Positions 57,391 through 64,000 of a DNA stretch of 64,000 nt are shown here, in pieces. Under the pieces are notes generated by a model, which was not told the DNA's origin, did no database searches, and was given only the letters and a program-made list of their open reading frames with translations. The stretch covers positions 32,001 through 96,000 of IMG/VR virus record IMGVR_UViG_3300010354_000044. The stretch is one strand, 5' to 3'. The position numbers and the translations under genes were made by a program. The stretch comes from a virus. How positions within the stretch are numbered: position 1 is the stretch's first letter; each line of letters begins with the position of its first letter.

Positions 57391-57429
57391 ACAAAAGCCC
57401 GGTGCTTGTATTAACCACCGGGCTTTTGT
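57391..57429. terminator. Bidirectional terminator-like hairpin
   Basis: ACAAAAGCCCGGTG/CACCGGGCTTTTGT. Confidence 0.65.
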
Positions 57430-57444
57430 GTGCAAACTTTTAAC

Positions 57445-57503
57445 AATTTGTATGTCAAGTGCATGTCAATTGTATGTAATAGCATGCACTTGACATACAA
57501 ATT
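57445..57503. repeat. Perfect 21-bp inverted repeat with 17-nt spacer
   Basis: AATTTGTATGTCAAGTGCATG / CATGCACTTGACATACAAATT. Confidence 0.85.
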
Positions 57504-57675
57504 AGCTCAAATTAGGAGCAAGAACAAGCAATGGATGACCACGAATTGTTGCATGATTTATTGCAGCGCCGGGGCTTAACTTGGGTCTTGGAAGACCTTT
57601 TCAAGCACCCTGAGATTTATTCACCGGGGTGTGTTTACAATACTTTAAGAAGAATATCTATAAACTGGTACGCTC

Positions 57676-58302
57676 ATGTCAAAAACAAACTCAGTCAACT
57701 TTAATACCCCCTTTAATCGCACGGTCGCGGAAAACCTAGACCAACTAGCTATAAAGCTGGTAAGCTATTTCCTTTGTAATAAGTATGGTTCAGCGGGGCT
57801 TTTTAGTTCCCCTCTAAATTCTTCCGTTTGGGAAAGTATCAATAGCCTTTTACTCTGCCCTTGGGAGAATGTTGATGAAATTAGGCAGTTCCTCGTGCCT
57901 AGCGTCATCACTGAGCATGGGGAGATTATCACTATTGAAGGGCTTGCAGCTAAACAAGAGGTAGACACATATTCTTTTGTCCAGCAGTTAAGGGAGGACC
58001 TAAACAAACCAAGTCAGCCCGTCGGTTTATTTGTCTTGTACCTAATGGAACCCTATATAAGATATAAGCGGGATAATATCAAAAGTTACCCTGCGGCTTT
58101 TGTTGAGGCCCGAGGTTATTGGCACTTTTTGGATAACATTCTCCAGTGCCTAGAATCTTTTCGGTCGAATCCGATTGAATTCTATACGCACACAGAATGC
58201 CGGGAGTTTTACATGGATAACCTAGTTAGGTTGATGAGCAACTTTACCCTAACTCATTTTTGTTTCCCGTCTCTGCAATCATACACTGTACGACTGGTTT
58301 AA
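57676..58302 (+). CDS. Hypothetical protein
   Basis: 208-aa ORF on the coding strand. Confidence 0.6.
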   Translation: MSKTNSVNFNTPFNRTVAENLDQLAIKLVSYFLCNKYGSAGLFSSPLNSSVWESINSLLLCPWENVDEIRQFLVPSVITEHGEIITIEGLAAKQEVDTYSFVQQLREDLNKPSQPVGLFVLYLMEPYIRYKRDNIKSYPAAFVEARGYWHFLDNILQCLESFRSNPIEFYTHTECREFYMDNLVRLMSNFTLTHFCFPSLQSYTVRLV

Positions 58303-58411
58303 TCTACAGCTTGCTGTAGAGCTATTAACCCTCAGCAGCAAAAGTCTAAGTATATTGGAAACTTCCGGCCTGTATGGCAGTGAATTCAATTCTATTGACA
58401 TCCTAAAGGAG

Positions 58412-59014
58412 GCTATGATCCGTGAGTACGCGACTGAGGACTTTTAATACCCACTCCCGTGCCCAGGAGTAGCCAGACTAGCACAATTACAATAAATATC
58501 TATTTTAACTATGGGCATTAAACTACCAGGCAATATGACCGTGGGGCTAATCCTGCCACTGTCGCTAATTAGCCTAGACAACTCCGCAGAGGATTGGGGA
58601 GGCAACTGGCCACCGCTGGCCCATTTACTTGAAGAAGTAAACTGGGCTGAATTCTTCCGTCAAGTTAACTATCGGCCAAGAATAGACGGTGATAGGGAGA
58701 CTTTCTTGGAAGACCTAAGAAAGCATTACTTGGATTTCTCGGAGATTCTTGATGCCTTGCTTGATGAGGACGGGCTGAATCTCACCGGTATTATCGTCCG
58801 ACTTGACGTGGCAGGCTTTGACTTTGAAGCCTATGAGGGCTTCCCTTATTTCAAATGGAAGCACTTCTATGGCTACTGCGAAACTTTTGCGGAAGTCGAA
58901 TGGATGATTTTGGGATTGGTCTTAAAAGCCAGTCAGGGGGTAGGGGGTGACGGCATGAACCTACAGCCCGGTCTATAAACACGCTATGATCTGTGAGTAC
59001 GCGACTGAGGACTT
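58412..59014 (+). repeat. 32-bp direct repeats flanking gene 58511..58978
   Basis: GCTATGATCYGTGAGTACGCGACTGAGGACTT at 58412-58443 and 58983-59014. Confidence 0.85.
58511..58978 (+). CDS. Hypothetical acidic protein
   Basis: 155-aa ORF between direct repeats. Confidence 0.6.
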   Translation: MGIKLPGNMTVGLILPLSLISLDNSAEDWGGNWPPLAHLLEEVNWAEFFRQVNYRPRIDGDRETFLEDLRKHYLDFSEILDALLDEDGLNLTGIIVRLDVAGFDFEAYEGFPYFKWKHFYGYCETFAEVEWMILGLVLKASQGVGGDGMNLQPGL

Positions 59015-59023
59015 CTAGCATTA

Positions 59024-59443
59024 ATGTTGTACTACCATGGAAGTACTATCTACTTACCAGTAGGTACTTTACTGAGGCCCGGGATAGACTATGAAAAGCA
59101 CTGGGCGTCAACCGATTTTTATACTGCTCTAGAGCATTACAGACCAACTGGTAAGCTAGCGCATAAAGACGCTGTTTTTATGTGTGAGTCTGAAGATGAT
59201 GTTGATTTATGCGGCGGAGGTACTGAGTGGTTATTTAGTGTTAACCCTCTTGGCCCGGTGCATAAACACGATGTGAATTGGTCTAGTGAGATTAGTTGTT
59301 TAATCTCTAAGGGGTATTCTATAAATAGCCCTGAAGTAGAATCGGCGGCGTCTAGCTACTGGAATTCTATGCCTCATTACAATGAAAGCGTGTGGGAGTA
59401 CTTAACGCCCTCCGCTACGATCCTAAAAGTTGTACGGTACTAA
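59024..59443 (+). CDS. Arr-like ADP-ribosyltransferase-fold protein
   Basis: YYHGSTIYLPVGTLLRPG start, AVFM, FSVNPLGPV, VWEYL. Confidence 0.55.
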   Translation: MLYYHGSTIYLPVGTLLRPGIDYEKHWASTDFYTALEHYRPTGKLAHKDAVFMCESEDDVDLCGGGTEWLFSVNPLGPVHKHDVNWSSEISCLISKGYSINSPEVESAASSYWNSMPHYNESVWEYLTPSATILKVVRY

Positions 59444-59446
59444 AAA

Positions 59447-60055
59447 ATGAAAAAAGTTTCCCTCATCAATGTGGCCCAATTAGGTATCTGTCTTGTATTC
59501 TTGTCTGTTTTGTTCTTAGCACTTCGCCCGTTGTGGGCTCCTAAGCCAGAAACTCCTATGATTGAAGAAGCTGAGGAGGAACTAGTCCAGGAGGACGTTC
59601 CTCAGTCTAATGTCAGTCCGCCTAGTGGAGGTTTCTACGGTAGTGGTTATTACCCTGGAGGGTACAACCAGTTTTATCGTCCTTGGGGGCCATCTCAGAC
59701 CGCTCCTCAACAGCCTTACAGTCCCTCTAACGGGTTCCGGTCTAATCGGAGACCTAGTCGCGATTCTGGCCCTGCAACCACCCCCTCCCCCTCCACCCAG
59801 CAGACCCCCAAGGCTCGGCAGTCTACGCCTGCTACTAGTGGTAGTGGTTCAGGTAATGGGCAACCTACAAGGTCCGTGAGCCCTGTAAAGCCTAATGAAA
59901 CTACAAGACCTTCTACGCCTGCGGCAAGGCCTGCGACAAAGCCTAGTACAGCTAATCCTAGTTCTACTAGACCGGCGGCGCCACGGCCTTCAAGTGTACG
60001 TCCGCCATCACCTAGAGTTAGCCCTAGCCGGCCTAGTAGCCCTACACGACGTTAA
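59447..60055 (+). CDS. Membrane-anchored Pro/Ser/Arg-rich protein
   Basis: N-terminal TM helix and low-complexity tail. Confidence 0.65.
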   Translation: MKKVSLINVAQLGICLVFLSVLFLALRPLWAPKPETPMIEEAEEELVQEDVPQSNVSPPSGGFYGSGYYPGGYNQFYRPWGPSQTAPQQPYSPSNGFRSNRRPSRDSGPATTPSPSTQQTPKARQSTPATSGSGSGNGQPTRSVSPVKPNETTRPSTPAARPATKPSTANPSSTRPAAPRPSSVRPPSPRVSPSRPSSPTRR

Positions 60056-60077
60056 AATAAGCTAAAGAAGGTGCAGT

Positions 60078-61139
60078 ATGAGAATGATAAGATTCCCTGA
60101 CGTTGGACAATTTAGGAATGTGGTCCAGTCACTTCGTCTGCGTGCTCAATTTGCAGGCAAGGCAGAGGATGGGACTCCTATTTATGACGAGTCAAGAAAG
60201 GCGCAGCCTGTTACCTTTTCTGGAACTGTAAAGCTTGATGGAACCAATGCTGCTATCTGTTTTGATGGCGAGAATACCTGGTTCCAGTCCCGAGAGAGGA
60301 TTCTTACCCTTGAAAGTGATAACTATGGGTTTTGTCGGAGATTTCAACAGGATGAAGCAGTTACTTCTTTGATTTCAAGTGTCACTGCAGCAGTGGAGTT
60401 TTCTAACGGGGAAACTCTTTGCATCTTTGGAGAGTGGATTGGAAAAGGCATTGCCAAGGGTATGGCCGTCTGTCAGATTGAGAGAGAGTTTATTGTTTTT
60501 GGCGTTGCTGTTTGCTCAGCCTTTGAAGGTGAACAGGCGGATGACTCTGCCTCTCTTAAGTGGATTGATTTAGGTACGCTTGATCAGGCGATTAAGGGTA
60601 GTGGCTTTGACACTGTTCTATCTTGTCCTCAGTATTTGCTTGTCGTTGATCCAGAGAATGCGGAGGCAGCCTGGCATACTGCAAAATCGCTAACTGACCT
60701 TGTTGTTAGTGAATGTCCATTTGGAAAGCTTCGCGGGAAAGTTGGAGCCGGAGAGGGTATTGTTTGGTTTGGTACTGATGATACTGGGAAAACTTTCCTG
60801 TTTAAAACCAAAGGGCAGAAGCAGTCTGTTGTCTCCTCTCCTAAGGAACTCCCTAAGTTTGAGGCTCAGGGTGCAATTAACACCTTTGTCACTGATGTAC
60901 TTACTGAGGCCCGGTTGAATCAAGGGATTGAGCGGGTCTTTACTGCAAACGACATTGTTCCGTCTATTGAAAAGACTGGCTCCTTCCTTCAGTGGATCAG
61001 CCGCGACATTGAAAAGGAGGAGGGTTTCTCTTTTGAGGCTCTTGCTGCTCTTGGTATTACCAAGAAGAAAGCTATGGGTCCAGTCAATCGTGCCGCTCGC
61101 GATTGGTTTATGGACTATCTAAACTTGTTGTCCCTGTAG
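60078..61139 (+). CDS. RNA ligase (Rnl2-like)
   Basis: Motif I VKLDGTN, QSRER, FGEWIG, GEGIVW, FKTK; ILTEARL-like C-domain. Confidence 0.8.
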   Translation: MRMIRFPDVGQFRNVVQSLRLRAQFAGKAEDGTPIYDESRKAQPVTFSGTVKLDGTNAAICFDGENTWFQSRERILTLESDNYGFCRRFQQDEAVTSLISSVTAAVEFSNGETLCIFGEWIGKGIAKGMAVCQIEREFIVFGVAVCSAFEGEQADDSASLKWIDLGTLDQAIKGSGFDTVLSCPQYLLVVDPENAEAAWHTAKSLTDLVVSECPFGKLRGKVGAGEGIVWFGTDDTGKTFLFKTKGQKQSVVSSPKELPKFEAQGAINTFVTDVLTEARLNQGIERVFTANDIVPSIEKTGSFLQWISRDIEKEEGFSFEALAALGITKKKAMGPVNRAARDWFMDYLNLLSL

Positions 61140-61217
61140 ATTACCACGTCAAAACCCCGCCTGGAAGGTCTAAAGTCCCCAGGCGGGGTTAGGAACCCAT
61201 TTACTAGGTTAATTGCT

Positions 61218-61412
61218 ATGTTACTACCTGCCGTTGATTTACCACCTGTCCATGCCCAGCTGCAGACCGTTGATACCACCGCCGACAGCTCCAGGGATGA
61301 ATTTCCCCGGCGCCGGTGTGCCCCGCACCCTAGAGGTCGTGGCCTGTCCTGTACCGAGATTGTACCGGGCAACCCCTACCAGGTCATCAAAACCTGGTTA
61401 GGGCGGTCCTAG
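61218..61412 (+). CDS. Small hypothetical protein
   Basis: R.P.P...C.T..EIV.G.P resembles 61481. Confidence 0.4.
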   Translation: MLLPAVDLPPVHAQLQTVDTTADSSRDEFPRRRCAPHPRGRGLSCTEIVPGNPYQVIKTWLGRS

Positions 61413-61480
61413 ACCGTTCTAGCTACCATTCCGGGGAGGTTACTACCCCGGTGTACCAGCCGTTTACCTAACTTCAAACC

Positions 61481-61669
61481 ATGACTAGATTTCTGTCTGT
61501 AGCCGCTACCTTTTCGCTTACGTCTTTTTTAGTAGGCTGCCCTCTGCAGCAAGACCAAGCAGATCGCCGATACCCTGACCCGGCTCAACCGGACTGCTAT
61601 ACAACAGTCGAGGTAGTAGCCGGGGAACCCACAGTAAAAGTTCATAACTGCAATCTGGACATTGATTAG
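61481..61669 (+). CDS. Small lipoprotein
   Basis: Signal peptide with LVGC lipobox. Confidence 0.55.
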   Translation: MTRFLSVAATFSLTSFLVGCPLQQDQADRRYPDPAQPDCYTTVEVVAGEPTVKVHNCNLDID

Positions 61670-61724
61670 ACCAGCGCACTAACCACCCCGGGGAGGGAAC
61701 TAACCCGGGTCCAATTCTAAGGAG

Positions 61725-61937
61725 ATGAGAAATACCATGCAACGGTTATCTGTTAGTTTGGCTGAGGATGTTTCTCAATTGCTTGAATCCTTGGCTAAGT
61801 CACAAGGGATTACCAAAAATGAAGCTATCCGCAAGGCTATCGCGACGGAAGCTTATCTTTTGCAAGAGAGGCTGGGAGGCAGCAAAATCCTTCTCCAAAA
61901 ACCTGACAAAGAAGTTCGGGAAGTGCTCTTTCGCTAA
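61725..61937 (+). CDS. CopG/ribbon-helix-helix regulator
   Basis: RLSVSLAEDVSQLLESLAKSQGITKNEAIRKAI. Confidence 0.8.
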   Translation: MRNTMQRLSVSLAEDVSQLLESLAKSQGITKNEAIRKAIATEAYLLQERLGGSKILLQKPDKEVREVLFR

Positions 61938-62003
61938 TAGAGTACTTAGTTTGTTAACTGACAGGGCCTGGTTAACCAGGCCCTGTATAATAAAAAAAAA
62001 TAG

Positions 62004-62074
62004 GAGACATTAGCTTAATGGTAAAGCACGGGGCTTTTAACCTCTTGATGAAAGTTCGATTCTTTCATGTCTCA
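62004..62074 (+). tRNA. trnK: tRNA-Lys (UUU), CCA not encoded
   Basis: GAGACAT/ATGTCTC acceptor, GCTT-AATGGTA-AAGC D arm, CT-TTT-AA loop, GAAAG-TTCGATT-CTTTC T arm. Confidence 0.85.
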
Positions 62075-62104
62075 TTTGCTGTTAGTTAACAACCTGGAAA
62101 CTGT

Positions 62105-62497
62105 ATGAAAGATAAACTTGCGTTACTAGCCTCTTATATACAAGTAGCGTTGGAGGCCTCAGAATCCGACGCTACGCACATCATAGACCTTAACTATATG
62201 CTAACTCTACTTTCTGAGGTAGAGCAGGTATCAAGGGAGCTAAGGGGAGCAATCCTGGAAAAGTCTCCATTTAAGATAGGGGACTACGTTAGGGTCGTAT
62301 CTAATGACTTTCTTGGGCATGACGCGACTTTGAATGAGGGTTATATCTCTCAGATCAATATCTCAGGCTACATGTGCGGGTTGTATTATGTAGTACGGGC
62401 TCCTACAACCAGGGGTAACTTTAATCCAAATGGTAGAATTATTAGGGCCGCCGCTTCATTACGGACACTTGTTAAATGTGACCCGCCTTCTGTGTAG
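62105..62497 (+). CDS. Hypothetical protein (SH3-like barrel possible)
   Basis: SPFKIGDYVRV motif. Confidence 0.55.
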   Translation: MKDKLALLASYIQVALEASESDATHIIDLNYMLTLLSEVEQVSRELRGAILEKSPFKIGDYVRVVSNDFLGHDATLNEGYISQINISGYMCGLYYVVRAPTTRGNFNPNGRIIRAAASLRTLVKCDPPSV

Positions 62498-62557
62498 AAT
62501 AATTTAATTTAACAACCTGTTAGTTTTAAAAGTTGCGACAAAAGGTGTCAGTTAACA

Positions 62558-63139
62558 ATGAATTTTAACGACTATAATTACCCGCTGAAAACCCTTTCAG
62601 ATAACAACTCAGCCTGGGAGGAGGCCTTTAAGGAGGTTTACAACAAATTCAAGGATGATGTCTTTAAGACCTTAACTGCAATCGGACAGCATCCAAACCG
62701 GGAGTTCTTATTCGCCGCAGCCTGGGCAAAATACCCTAGAAGCTGGGAGAAAATTTTCAAGGACCTTGAGGAGTTTTCCAAAATCCTTGACCGTCTATTC
62801 CAGGCGGTAGATAAGGATCAGATGCTGGCCTTGAGCGCCGAATTGGTTAACAAAGCCCAAGTGCAACAAGAGCTAAATTTAGATACCCGATCATTTGCGA
62901 ACGCTGTTAGAGAATTGAAAAACGAACAAGCACTAATTCAGCAGGCCAATCAATTGGTTATGGAAGCCGAATTAGATCAAGCCATGCTAGACATGGACGC
63001 ATGGGGGCATTCAGACAATTTAGACTCTTGGAGAGATTCGGAGGGTTATAATAATCCTTGGAGAGATTCAAAAATGGGATTACCGCACCCTTTAACGCGC
63101 ATTTATAGCCCGTGGAGAGATTCGGACGAGACCGAATAA
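62558..63139 (+). CDS. Hypothetical protein with three C-terminal WRDS repeats
   Basis: DSWRDS, NPWRDS, SPWRDS. Confidence 0.6.
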   Translation: MNFNDYNYPLKTLSDNNSAWEEAFKEVYNKFKDDVFKTLTAIGQHPNREFLFAAAWAKYPRSWEKIFKDLEEFSKILDRLFQAVDKDQMLALSAELVNKAQVQQELNLDTRSFANAVRELKNEQALIQQANQLVMEAELDQAMLDMDAWGHSDNLDSWRDSEGYNNPWRDSKMGLPHPLTRIYSPWRDSDETE

Positions 63140-63192
63140 ACGGCCTGGGATTTCTGCAGGGCTTCTACTAGGAAATTTTTTGAGGTATTTCA

Positions 63193-63645
63193 ATGGTATT
63201 AATACCTAAAACCGTTCTACAGGGCCGTATTCTTGATTTTGAAAATGCGGTGAAATGTGTATTAGATGGGGAGTTCTACGCGGTCGGAGGACTCTTTGGC
63301 AGTATTATGCGCGACTGGTTAAATACCTGCCCGGGTGAATCCGTAGATGTACAGGATATTGCCGAGGGCATTGACCGGCTCGCACAACAAGAATTCCTTG
63401 AAATTGTGATGAGGGAAGCTTCTAGAGACAGGCGCTCTGTTACTTTAAATTATAAACTTGGGTCTATTGTACTAGTGGCAAAAAACAGGCTGATTAAAAT
63501 TCCCGATGCCTGGGCAACTAGTAAAGAGGTCTACCTAGATATTTATGGAGTACTCCATGGTTATCTAAAAAGAGACGGGGTCTCAGATGAAGCTATAAAA
63601 GACGAGCTCGTGCAGTGCTACAAGTACCGTAATGGGGACAATTAA
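63193..63645 (+). CDS. Hypothetical protein
   Basis: GAGGT RBS; paralog follows. Confidence 0.65.
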   Translation: MVLIPKTVLQGRILDFENAVKCVLDGEFYAVGGLFGSIMRDWLNTCPGESVDVQDIAEGIDRLAQQEFLEIVMREASRDRRSVTLNYKLGSIVLVAKNRLIKIPDAWATSKEVYLDIYGVLHGYLKRDGVSDEAIKDELVQCYKYRNGDN

Positions 63646-64000
63646 GAAGACTACTTTATACGAACGGATCGCTGATTTTGAGGATGCGGTGACTGCCGCA
63701 GGTACAGAGTTTTATGGCATCGGACCACTGTTTGGCGATATTGCCCGCCACTGGCTACAAAATCAAGTTGGAGAAAACATAGAGCTGTTGTCTATTGCTG
63801 TCGCGATTGAAACGTGGCTGCGCGATGACTTTGGTAAGCTGGTAGTGCAATACGCTAGTAGAGAAAAGTATGCGGGATCTTTGGAGGGTAAAGTCAACGC
63901 TATTGTACGTGTAGCCAAAAATCGGCTCATTACAGCCAAAGAAGCCTGGTCTGAGGGTAGAGAGTTCTATTCCACTATCTATGGTGATCATCATGAGCTT
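63632..64000 (+). CDS. Paralog of 63193, truncated by the window end (not in ORF track)
   Basis: MGTIKKTTLYERIADFEDAV...EFYGIGPLFG...VAKNRLI...AW; open to 64000. Confidence 0.7.
   Translation, partial: MGTIKKTTLYERIADFEDAVTAAGTEFYGIGPLFGDIARHWLQNQVGENIELLSIAVAIETWLRDDFGKLVVQYASREKYAGSLEGKVNAIVRVAKNRLITAKEAWSEGREFYSTIYGDHHEL

Noticed and set aside
63755-63994. Minus-strand 79-aa ORF
   Set aside because: Antisense to the + strand paralog starting at 63632

Overview
A 64-kb segment of a large tailed dsDNA phage. A PAAR spike points to a contractile tail, and the host is probably a cyanobacterium (pentapeptide-repeat and FGE-sulfatase genes, at least 6 HIP1 GCGATCGC sites). All protein calls come from reading motifs by eye, not from database searches. 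1-29 kb: portal, a tail-chaperone pair joined by a -1 frameshift, a 3051-aa single-chain two-barrel RNA polymerase in the tape-measure neighbourhood, baseplate/fibre genes, a glycosyltransferase, PAAR and a ParM/ParR-like pair. 29.4-51 kb: a + strand early-type region centred on a ~2840-aa fusion of an SF1B helicase, a second two-barrel RNAP, NADAR and a DarG-like macrodomain, with in-frame internal RBS/ATG starts at two domain borders. Every intergenic gap from 29.4 to 33.4 kb is built from a few covarying RNA modules: H-type pseudoknots, anticodon-less tRNA mimics and an anti-SD switch-like junction. Gaps from 42.9 to 49.7 kb carry about 11 long hairpins ending in CGGCGGTTTGATTT. 51-52 kb is a repeat-rich non-coding region resembling an origin or centromere. 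52-64 kb holds small accessory genes, paralog families, an Arr-like ADP-ribosyltransferase, an Rnl2-like RNA ligase and a tRNA-Lys(UUU).
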